Source: Candidatus Hodarchaeota archaeon (lineage in GTDB: Archaea; Asgardarchaeota; Heimdallarchaeia; Hodarchaeales; Hodarchaeaceae). From it: a stretch of 21,161 bases of DNA. The translations under genes and the position numbers were made by a program. This document shows positions 1 to 7,715 of this stretch, in pieces. The stretch spans positions 1 through 21,161 of the forward strand of contig JAEOTQ010000224.1 of the NCBI GenBank assembly GCA_016839785.1, read 5' to 3'. The first letter of the stretch is position 1; every line of letters begins with the position of its first letter. The notes below the pieces were generated by a model. The model made no database searches, was not told the DNA's origin, and worked only from the letters and a program-made list of their open reading frames with translations.

Positions 1-528
1 GATGCTGAAATGGGTAAATTTCTAAATCTACCTACTCATGCCTATATGAGTTTAAGTGATGCCAAAATTCCTGATGCACAGGCTGGATTGGAGGCTGGGA
101 TGGGCGCGTTGTTGGCTGGATTGACTGGAATTAACATGATTTCTGGCCCAGGAATGCTCGATTTTGAATCCTGTCAATCAATTGAAAAATTACTGATTGA
201 TAATGAAATCGCAGGTATGGTTAAACGATTCTTAAAAGGTATCCATGATTATGGTTCTCCATTTGCAGAAGATATCCTAAAAGATTATGACGATACAAAT
301 GAGTTATTATCTCATCCTTCTACTCTTAAACTTTTCCGCAAAGAGCTTTTCTTACCAAGCCCTATTCTTGCTCGGATGACTCGTGACGAATGGAAGAAAA
401 CAGGTTCTCTTTCTTCAAGGCAAAGAGCAAAAGAGGAAATTTCAGGTATTTTAGCTCAACCACCAGTTAAATCACTTGATAGTTTGACAGCTGGCGAATT
501 GGATCACATTTCCTCTAGCTATCTTTGA
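1..528 (+). CDS. mttB: Trimethylamine methyltransferase (MttB) superfamily protein, non-pyrrolysine type; 5'-truncated by the window edge
   Basis: Frame is open from base 1 (GAT GCT GAA ATG). LPTHAYMSLSDAKIPDAQAGLE, GINMISGPGMLDFESCQSIEKLLIDNEI and HPSTLKLFRKE match the C-terminal half of MttB-family enzymes. The position equivalent to pyrrolysine, just before SDAK, is Leu (TTA, 52-54). Confidence 0.9.
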   Translation, partial: DAEMGKFLNLPTHAYMSLSDAKIPDAQAGLEAGMGALLAGLTGINMISGPGMLDFESCQSIEKLLIDNEIAGMVKRFLKGIHDYGSPFAEDILKDYDDTNELLSHPSTLKLFRKELFLPSPILARMTRDEWKKTGSLSSRQRAKEEISGILAQPPVKSLDSLTAGELDHISSSYL

Positions 529-545
529 AAATGCTTAATAGGGTT

Positions 546-1922
546 TTAGTATATCCATTTCTTTCTCTTTTTCACCTTGTAAAAGATCATTATTCCTAAT
601 CCGACCAGCACGAATGGTAAATTCAAGAATGATGCTTTTGATTCAGTTGTGGTTGACTCTGAAATAGGATTGACTAAAGATTTCAGAATAAATGATTCAA
701 TAAGTTTTAATGGGCTGTATGTCGGGGTGGGGAAGGAATGGTAATTGCTCGAAGTCGTTACAACAACTAGGCTTGCACTAGGTTTGACCATTATGTGTTG
801 TCCTCCGAGTCCCCAAGCAAGAATATAATTCAATTCGTCTTCAATCCACCATTGGTATCCGTAACCCAAAGTGTTACTGTGATCTTGGAATGATTCCTCG
901 ATCCATGCTTCTGGGACAATTTGAGTAGAATTCCAAAGTCCATTATTCAAACAAAGGTATCCAATCTTTACCATGTCTAAAGGGCGTAACCATAAACCAG
1001 TTCCTCCCATTGTTATTCCCAAGGGAGACTTCCACCATACATATTCAGTTATATTTAAGGGTCCAAATAGATATTGTAGTGCAAACTCTTCGGAAGTCAT
1101 TCCTGTCTTATTCTGGATAATGGCAGAGAGAAGAAGGGAATCACCATTACTGTAAAGAAAATTTGTCCCAGGAGTATGTTCCATTGGCTTATCCAGGACA
1201 AATTGAACGTAATCAAGACTAAGGTACATTTGAACCCAATCATTCTCATGATTATATGGCCAGCTTAGAGGCCAGTTCGAAATATCCGCAGTATGATTCG
1301 TAAAGAGGTCATAATCAAAGATATCAATAGTGTCGTTATAATGGGCAAGACTGCCTTGATTCCATTGAATCCCACTTTGCATTTTCAACAGATGACGAAT
1401 TGTTATTGCTTGCTTCTTAGCATCTACATTTGAAAAAGTTCGGTTGGCAAAAATTTCTAGTACTGGTTGATCTAGATTTGGAATAAAACCTGTGGCCTTA
1501 GCAATTCCGATCAATAACCCAATCACAGATTTTGTGACACTAAACATCTGATGAATGTTTGAAAAGTTATAATAGTTGAAGTATTCCTCATAGACTAAAT
1601 AACCATTCCTAATAATTGTCATACTGTCGATTCCTAGCTCTTGTTCAATGATCAAGTCATACATACTGTTAAGCTTTGTTGAATTCATTCCCTGATCTTC
1701 AGGGGTGGATTGACGCCAACCATTGGTTGGAAAATACGGTGTTTCAGCCTTTAAAGAACTTTGTACCATTCCCCCAGAGAAAGTTATGGAAAATATTAGT
1801 AAAATCATACCGTTAGTCAAAAATTTCAGTTTTTTTGTCGTTATTATCCCATCCTTGATAATTATGAAATCGAAACCTCGAACTCCTATGAAATGGTTAA
1901 AGACAGATATAAAATTATGCAT
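546..1922 (-). CDS. Secreted, membrane-anchored serine hydrolase, beta-lactamase class C / 6-aminohexanoate-dimer hydrolase-like family
   Basis: SxxK (FSVTKS), LLKMQSG, PGTNFLYSN (YxN), LRPLDMVKIG, GYGYQWW and AWGLGGQ motifs. Hydrophobic signal-like N-terminal segment. Ser/Thr linker, transmembrane helix and KVKKRKK at the C-terminus. The true start is probably downstream of 1922 (about 1847-1808). Confidence 0.88.
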   Translation of the reverse strand: MHNFISVFNHFIGVRGFDFIIIKDGIITTKKLKFLTNGMILLIFSITFSGGMVQSSLKAETPYFPTNGWRQSTPEDQGMNSTKLNSMYDLIIEQELGIDSMTIIRNGYLVYEEYFNYYNFSNIHQMFSVTKSVIGLLIGIAKATGFIPNLDQPVLEIFANRTFSNVDAKKQAITIRHLLKMQSGIQWNQGSLAHYNDTIDIFDYDLFTNHTADISNWPLSWPYNHENDWVQMYLSLDYVQFVLDKPMEHTPGTNFLYSNGDSLLLSAIIQNKTGMTSEEFALQYLFGPLNITEYVWWKSPLGITMGGTGLWLRPLDMVKIGYLCLNNGLWNSTQIVPEAWIEESFQDHSNTLGYGYQWWIEDELNYILAWGLGGQHIMVKPSASLVVVTTSSNYHSFPTPTYSPLKLIESFILKSLVNPISESTTTESKASFLNLPFVLVGLGIMIFYKVKKRKKWIY

Positions 1923-1977
1923 GAATTCATTAAATCAAATCCCTCTTGATATTTATGATTAGAGCAAAGATGTATGA

Positions 1978-2646
1978 GTGGGTCCTATTTTGATACATAG
2001 AAGAAACTATGAGAAGATTTCACTTCGGGAGAAAGATATAGTTTACTATCTTCAACGTACTGGAAAATCTTCCACTAAATCCACTCGAAAAGCTCTTACA
2101 TCGGATTTAAAGGTACAGATCGATCGAATGGAAAAAATCGCCCACAAGTTATTCGAGCCAAAAGGGATTTTCAAGATTTACCGAGCTGCAGAGCTTCCCA
2201 TCCGAGAATGCTTCGCTGAAGCTGCGAGTATCGCGTTGGCTATTGTAACAATTGGTTCATCTTTACCCTTTGAAGCGAATAGATTGATGAATTCAGGTAA
2301 CTATGTAGACGGTGTTATTTTAGATGCGTTTGGTTCCGCTGCTGTAGAACAGGTGGCTGATCAAGTTAATAACGAGATCAATGAGATGGTAATACATCAG
2401 AATCTTGAATATTCAAAACGATATAGTCCTGGATATTGTCAGTGGGGAGTTCAGGATCAAAAAGTCATTTTTCGAAAGCTACCTGGAGAGGAGATTGGTG
2501 TAACATTATCTGATGGATTTATGATGAATCCCATTAAATCTGTATCTTTTGCCATTAATATAGGCAAGAATATAAAGAAATCCAGATGGGAACTGCGTTG
2601 TAAATCGTGTGAGGATCGAGGACAATGTACTTATCGAATGTATTGA
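1978..2646 (+). CDS. Stand-alone vitamin B12-dependent methionine synthase activation-domain-like protein with a C-terminal Cys cluster
   Basis: ALAIVTIG, ILDAFGSAAVEQVAD, RYSPGYC, IGVTLSDGFMMNPIKSVSF and terminal CKSCEDRGQCTYR are typical of this family, which occurs near corrinoid methyltransferase genes. GTG start is uncertain. Confidence 0.85.
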   Translation: MGPILIHRRNYEKISLREKDIVYYLQRTGKSSTKSTRKALTSDLKVQIDRMEKIAHKLFEPKGIFKIYRAAELPIRECFAEAASIALAIVTIGSSLPFEANRLMNSGNYVDGVILDAFGSAAVEQVADQVNNEINEMVIHQNLEYSKRYSPGYCQWGVQDQKVIFRKLPGEEIGVTLSDGFMMNPIKSVSFAINIGKNIKKSRWELRCKSCEDRGQCTYRMY

Positions 2647-2663
2647 CTCAAGAATGTCTATAG

Positions 2664-2684
2664 TTTTATAAACGAATATCGTTT
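2664..2684 (+). promoter_or_regulatory. TATA-like box (TTTTATAA) overlapping a 6-bp inverted repeat AAACGA-ATA-TCGTTT upstream of the beta-helix gene
   Basis: TTTTATAA at 2664-2671 and a perfect inverted repeat at 2670-2684, about 20-40 bp before the start codon. Confidence 0.4.
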
Positions 2685-2705
2685 GGTGATTCTAAAATTT
2701 CTCTC

Positions 2706-3692
2706 GTGAAGTATATGATAAAACGAGAAGATAAATACCGAAGAAAAATCTTTTCAGGAACTTTAATCCTCTTTTTAGTGGGTTTCGGGTTAACTAACGC
2801 CCAAATAATAAAACCAGACTCATTAATTCCAAATTTTAAATTAAAAATGCAAAGTTATGTTGTCCATGATCCCATTAATATTAACCATGATAATGAACTA
2901 GCTGTTATAGCAAGTAGCGGAACTGGTACAGTCGATGATCCTTTTATTATTGCTGGTTGGAACATCAGTAACGCTCAAGAGTATGGGATCGTCATTTCGG
3001 GGACGACAAAGCATTTTATAGTAGAGAATTGTTGGATTAATAGCTCAAAAAATCATAGGATTTTTGTGGATGATGTAACTACAGGAACGAGTACAATTAT
3101 CAATAACACCTGCACTAACAATGATAAGTCTGGTATCCGCTTTTGGGCTTCTAGTTCTTCCACTCTAGCCAACAACACTTGTACCGGCAACGGAGAAAAT
3201 GGTATATCTATTGGGGGTTCTGGTGATTCAACTATAGCTAATAACACTTGCACTAACAATGTTACAGTTGGTATTTCCATGGGAATGGCTCTTGGGCCTT
3301 CTGAATATAATTTTCTTGTTTGGAATAGGCTGGTTGGGAATGGAGATTACGGGCTTTATTCATCCATGGGTTCGGACAATAATTCCATTCACCACAATTC
3401 TTTTATCGCGAATGGGAAGCATAACTCGCAAGCGTATGATGATGGTTTGAACAATCAATGGTATGATGAAATAGTACTGGAGGGGAATTACTGGTCAGAT
3501 TACTCTGGTAATGGTAATTATGTTATTGAGGGTTCAGCTGGAGCAAGTGATCCCTTTCCCATGCTTGCTCCCTCTACATATTCCAAGGAGACTGATCCTA
3601 TTGATCTCTCACTGTTAATGAGAATTGGATTATTTTTGTCGATTATTGGATTATTTACTCTGCTTTTCATCAGAAATAGAAGAAGCTTTTGA
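2706..3692 (+). CDS. Cell-surface right-handed parallel beta-helix protein (NosD/PbH1 repeats) with signal peptide and C-terminal TM anchor
   Basis: Basic plus hydrophobic N-terminus; HDPININ...SGTGTVDDPFIIAGWNI; repeats of NNTCxxN...GI; IHHNSF, GNYWSDY and DPFP motifs; terminal hydrophobic helix followed by RNRR. Start may be ATG 2715. Confidence 0.85.
   Translation: MKYMIKREDKYRRKIFSGTLILFLVGFGLTNAQIIKPDSLIPNFKLKMQSYVVHDPININHDNELAVIASSGTGTVDDPFIIAGWNISNAQEYGIVISGTTKHFIVENCWINSSKNHRIFVDDVTTGTSTIINNTCTNNDKSGIRFWASSSSTLANNTCTGNGENGISIGGSGDSTIANNTCTNNVTVGISMGMALGPSEYNFLVWNRLVGNGDYGLYSSMGSDNNSIHHNSFIANGKHNSQAYDDGLNNQWYDEIVLEGNYWSDYSGNGNYVIEGSAGASDPFPMLAPSTYSKETDPIDLSLLMRIGLFLSIIGLFTLLFIRNRRSF
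3102..3260 (+). repeat. Three intragenic repeats with a 69-bp (23-aa) period encoding beta-helix coils (NNTCTNN / NNTCTGN / NNTCTNN)
   Basis: aataacacctgcactaacaat at 3102, aacaacacttgtaccggcaac at 3171, aataacacttgcactaacaat at 3240. Confidence 0.85.
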
Positions 3693-3772
3693 TTATCAAC
3701 TCAATAATTCATCATTTAAGCAAGAAGAGTAATTCGTCATAATTGTTTTAGAATCGTTTAAATCCCTCTTAG

Positions 3773-5395
3773 GTGAACAATTTGGATAGTAGCGACTCCT
3801 TGAACACCATGTGTGATGTTTTAATTATTGGATCGGGAATTGCTGGATTATCGATGGCACTTAAAGTTGCTAATATCGGTAAAGTGATTGTCCTAACAAA
3901 GACGAATCTTACAGAATGTGCTACCATATTAGCTCAGGCAGGTATTAGTGCAGTCCTATCTAGTAACGATTCTTTTGATACTCATATTCGAGATACAGTA
4001 AATGTGGGAGATGGACTGTGTCATCAAGATGTCGTTGAAAAAATAGTGTCTGCTGCCCCTGAACGTATCGAAGAGCTTGTCAAATGGGGTGTTCAATTCT
4101 CTAAACAGGATAATGACCAGTATGACTTAGGATTGGAAGCTGGGCATTCCTACCGCCGAGTAGTTCATTCCAAAGACATTACAGGGGCGAATATTCAAAA
4201 AGCGCTTGTAAATCGTGTATTAGAAGATTCTCGAATCACTGTACTTGAGAATCATATTGCTATTAATCTGAAAGTAAGAGCTGGTAGATGTTTAGGTGCG
4301 TATGTATTAGATAAGAATCAGGATCGTGTCAAGAATTTCGCAGCTAAAGTCACAGTACTAGCCACAGGGGGTTTGGGGAAAGCATTCCTTTATACTAGTA
4401 ATCCTGATATTTCAAGTGGAGACGGAATTGCAATGGCATATCGTGCTGGTGCCACGGTTATGAATATGGAGTTTATTCAATTCCATCCTACCCTACTATA
4501 TCATCCACATGCCAAATCCTTTTTGATTTCAGAGGCACTAAGAGGAGAAGGAGCTAAACTCATTGATGAAACAGGTTCTCGCTTTATGCCTTCTTATGAT
4601 TCTCGATTGGAGCTAGCTCCTAGGGATGTCGTTGCTAGAGCAATAGATTCGGAGCTTAAACGTTCTGGGAATGATTGTCTATTTCTAGATATTTCTTTCA
4701 AAGACTCTGACTTTATCAAGAACCGATTTCCAGGTATTTTTACCAAATGTTTTGAGCTAGGTATTGATATTACTAAAGAGCCGATACCTATTGTACCAGC
4801 AGCTCATTATGCTATTGGGGGGGTGAAAACCTCAGTATCTGGTCAAACAGACATTCCTGGACTATTAGCGATAGGAGAAACAGCTTGTACGGGTTTTCAT
4901 GGAGCTAATCGTCTTGCTTCCAATTCATTACTTGAATCTAGTGTGATGGCCCATTATGCCGCGCAAGAATGTCGCAACCTTCTGACCAAAGGGAATCATG
5001 TCTGTTCTTTTTCCCCTTGGCACTCTGGCGATGCAGTGGACAGTGATGAATCTGTAGTAGTTTCGCAAAATTGGATGGAGCTCAGACTACTCATGTGGAA
5101 CTACGTTGGAGTTGTTAGATCCGATAAGCGTTTTCGTCGTGCTCAACAACGTATCCACCTACTACAAGATGAGATAAATCAATATTACTGGAATTTTCAT
5201 CTCACCTCAGATTTGATTGAACTACGAAATCTAGCCGATGTCGCCCAAATGATTATCAATGCGGGTTTTCATCGTAAAGAAAGTCGTGGTGTCCATTATA
5301 CTATTGATTATCCGACGAAACGAAAAACTTCTAAGGATACATTACTCCGAAAATCTGTTAGAAGTGAAATTTTCAATTCTTCTAAATGTGACTGA
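3773..5395 (+). CDS. nadB: L-aspartate oxidase
   Basis: DVLIIGSGIAG (FAD binding), AQAGISAV, EAGHSYRRVVH, MEFIQFHPT, LISEALRGEGA, ELAPRDVVAR, PAAHY, HGANRLASNSLLE and RKESRGVHY. Start is GTG 3773 or ATG 3809. Confidence 0.95.
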   Translation: MNNLDSSDSLNTMCDVLIIGSGIAGLSMALKVANIGKVIVLTKTNLTECATILAQAGISAVLSSNDSFDTHIRDTVNVGDGLCHQDVVEKIVSAAPERIEELVKWGVQFSKQDNDQYDLGLEAGHSYRRVVHSKDITGANIQKALVNRVLEDSRITVLENHIAINLKVRAGRCLGAYVLDKNQDRVKNFAAKVTVLATGGLGKAFLYTSNPDISSGDGIAMAYRAGATVMNMEFIQFHPTLLYHPHAKSFLISEALRGEGAKLIDETGSRFMPSYDSRLELAPRDVVARAIDSELKRSGNDCLFLDISFKDSDFIKNRFPGIFTKCFELGIDITKEPIPIVPAAHYAIGGVKTSVSGQTDIPGLLAIGETACTGFHGANRLASNSLLESSVMAHYAAQECRNLLTKGNHVCSFSPWHSGDAVDSDESVVVSQNWMELRLLMWNYVGVVRSDKRFRRAQQRIHLLQDEINQYYWNFHLTSDLIELRNLADVAQMIINAGFHRKESRGVHYTIDYPTKRKTSKDTLLRKSVRSEIFNSSKCD

Positions 5396-5601
5396 AGCTT
5401 AAGCATGAATGGAAATGTATCTGGTTTGATTGCTTTCTTCTGAAGTAACCAAATCTTAGCTCCTAAAGAATTAAAAAACCTCAACAGAGGACTAGAATGT
5501 GTAGATCACTTCAACGAGAGACATTTTTATTTACATACAAATTTCTCCTTGTTCTTCAACCTCTTCTACAGCAATATCTTAACAAAAGGATAGAACTTAT
5601 A

Positions 5602-5769
5602 ATGTCAATGGAAGAATTACTAACTCTAGAAAATTATCCAGACCTATCTAAACCATGGAATAGCCCTTGCTTGATTTGTGATCATTTAGAACGATGTGGA
5701 GTCGGCCAAGAATTTAATCCCATTGGTTGTCCTTGGTTGAATAATTACATTACTTTACTGCTAGACTAA
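5602..5769 (+). CDS. Small (~55 aa) protein consisting of a TFE-beta/RPC34(RPC39)-type four-Cys Fe-S domain
   Basis: MSMEELL...SPCLICDHLERCGVGQEFNPIGCPWLNNYI has the pattern P-C-x2-C-x5-C-x10-C. AAGGA lies upstream of ATG 5602. The ORF-track extension to 5497 looks non-coding. Confidence 0.7.
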   Translation: MSMEELLTLENYPDLSKPWNSPCLICDHLERCGVGQEFNPIGCPWLNNYITLLLD

Positions 5770-5994
5770 ATCACTTAGGTTCTTAATATCTCTGTTTCAT
5801 TATCATTAGTTCTTAGAGAAATACGATCGAGTTTTTTTACCAATGGTTTTGCAAGTACCTCCTGGTAGAATGTCTAAGACTGATTGAGACGCAAGAAAAT
5901 CGTAAGGAAATCCCAGATCATTTTCATTCACTTCATTCAATGATTTTAGTTGAGAAGTTTTTCAGAGAATATTAAACGTGAAAAGAACGTTTGT

Positions 5995-6834
5995 TTAATA
6001 TTCAGCTAATGTACCACTTCTTTTAGCGGTTGTTACTGTCCTTCGAAAGAACATTATACCCAATAATGGAAAAACAATCGCAAAGAAGGTAACAATACCA
6101 AATTCTAGTTCATATGATAGAAGTTCAGGAGGAATTCCAATCAAAGTCGACCGAAAAAGATCAACACAGTACGAAAGGGGGATTAGACGTGATACAATTA
6201 AGACAATATCTGGCAAAGCGGAGAAAGGAAAGAACATTGCACACACAATCATAAAGAAAAATTGTAAGAAATTTGTTAAGGTATTCATAGATTCTTTATA
6301 TTGTAAGGCCAGTCCTGCAAACCCGAAGGAAAACCCAAAACAGACAAAGAGACTAAGTACTAGAATAATCATTCCGAGAAACACATTCTGAACTGGTAAT
6401 TTTCCAAATACAATTGACATGAAGATAAAAGCAATAGCTACGTTTAGACTTGTCCAAATCACATTTGAAAGGATACGTGATACTAAAGTAGAGAAATAAC
6501 TGATAGGAGACATGAAGAGTGACTCCAATGTGCCTTGATACTGCTCTTCACGTAAAGAGTTTCCAATATCCCAGAGGGCTGTTGAAAAGAACATGAAGAG
6601 AATGAAAGAATAAAACATAATTCCTACTCCAAAGCTTTCCTGGTCAGGTGGAGCTAATACCATAGCAGCTACTGTGAAAACAAACATGATTACCATGATT
6701 TGAACGAAACTGAGGACAAACGAGAATTTATAACGAGTAAGGACAGTAAATTCTTTCTTTGTCATAGCCCAAAATTGACTCCACCATGCTTTCCTTCCAT
6801 GTATCCGATTTTGTTCAGCTGTAGCTAATACCAT
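5995..6834 (-). CDS. ABC-2 type exporter permease
   Basis: About six TM segments; LREEQYQGTLESLFMSP, FFPFSALP and IPLSYCVDLFR motifs; third gene of the ABC operon. Confidence 0.9.
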   Translation of the reverse strand: MVLATAEQNRIHGRKAWWSQFWAMTKKEFTVLTRYKFSFVLSFVQIMVIMFVFTVAAMVLAPPDQESFGVGIMFYSFILFMFFSTALWDIGNSLREEQYQGTLESLFMSPISYFSTLVSRILSNVIWTSLNVAIAFIFMSIVFGKLPVQNVFLGMIILVLSLFVCFGFSFGFAGLALQYKESMNTLTNFLQFFFMIVCAMFFPFSALPDIVLIVSRLIPLSYCVDLFRSTLIGIPPELLSYELEFGIVTFFAIVFPLLGIMFFRRTVTTAKRSGTLAEY

Positions 6835-6846
6835 AATGCTTCTTTC

Positions 6847-7713
6847 CTAAAATTGTCCTATTCCTTCAGCTCTTTTACTTCGTGACTCTGTTCTTGAGAA
6901 GATTAGATAACCTATCAAAGGACAGGTTATTGCGAAAATAAATAAAATGCCTAGATGTCCATACATATTCACAAAAAACCAATCTAATCCCATTAATGCC
7001 GCCTGGATGTTATAGTTAAGCCAAAAACCTGGAAAAAGGTAAGAAACAATTTGAAAAGTAATTGGTAACACAGTTATTGGAAAGAACACTCCCATAAATG
7101 CTCCTACAATCCATTGTAGTGTATTAAGTAAGCTATTAGCTTGTTTGACCTTTAGAACCAATGCTCCTAAGAGAAAAGATAACCCATAGATCGGAACCAA
7201 CCCAAACAGAAGAATGGCCAATGCTAATAGTACTTGTCCCTGAAATGGATTGATCGAAAATAGAAGACACCCGAATAAATATCCCCCCAGAAATGTAATA
7301 ACCGATCGTAATTGCACATAAAGAGTTAGGCCGACAAGAATTGAAATTTGGTGGGCTGGAGACATGAATAAGGCCTCTAGAGTACCAAGAGTTTGCTCTC
7401 GTCTAATAAAGAACCCGAATAACCATAACGAAGTCGTTACTGTAGAGAATACATTTGCTCCAATAATAATAAAGGCCACATAGTTGGCGCCTGTTAAACC
7501 TGTATTCTGTTCGAAATTAGCGGATGCAGCTGAAATTGAACCAGATAATGCTTGTCCTAAAAGAATTGGCATAGCGGCTAACAGTACAGGGGTCAATATA
7601 TCCATAAATAACACGCCTTTATAACGGGAAAAAGTCTTTAATCGTACTACAAATGTTCCCCACACCACTCCCCAATGACTTTTGAGTGTCATCTTCTGAA
7701 TTGGAGCATACAT
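6847..7713 (-). CDS. ABC-2 type exporter permease
   Basis: About six TM segments; IRREQTLGTLEALFMSP and GVFFPITVLP motifs; 2-bp gap from the ATPase gene. Confidence 0.9.
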   Translation of the reverse strand: MYAPIQKMTLKSHWGVVWGTFVVRLKTFSRYKGVLFMDILTPVLLAAMPILLGQALSGSISAASANFEQNTGLTGANYVAFIIIGANVFSTVTTSLWLFGFFIRREQTLGTLEALFMSPAHQISILVGLTLYVQLRSVITFLGGYLFGCLLFSINPFQGQVLLALAILLFGLVPIYGLSFLLGALVLKVKQANSLLNTLQWIVGAFMGVFFPITVLPITFQIVSYLFPGFWLNYNIQAALMGLDWFFVNMYGHLGILFIFAITCPLIGYLIFSRTESRSKRAEGIGQF

Positions 7714-7715
7714 TA

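Noticed and set aside
3102-3260. 69-bp periodic repeats as a possible CRISPR array
   Set aside because: They are in-frame, degenerate at codon third positions and encode beta-helix coils. No cas genes are present.
3773-5395. Alternative call as succinate dehydrogenase/fumarate reductase flavoprotein
   Set aside because: Lacks the covalent FAD His motif (RSHT/S) and has no adjacent Fe-S subunit. EAGHSxRR and ANRLASNSLLE fit NadB.
5497-5601. N-terminal 35-aa extension of the small Cys-rich ORF
   Set aside because: Looks like translated promoter or UTR sequence and does not resemble a winged helix. ATG 5602 has an SD-like AAGGA.
5775-5940. Short minus-strand frames downstream of the ABC operon: a 44-aa TTG ORF, and a ~50-codon frame with one in-frame TAG that could suggest pyrrolysine readthrough
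   Set aside because: No homology cues, no Pyl machinery in the window, and the local MttB is non-Pyl. Consistent with chance.
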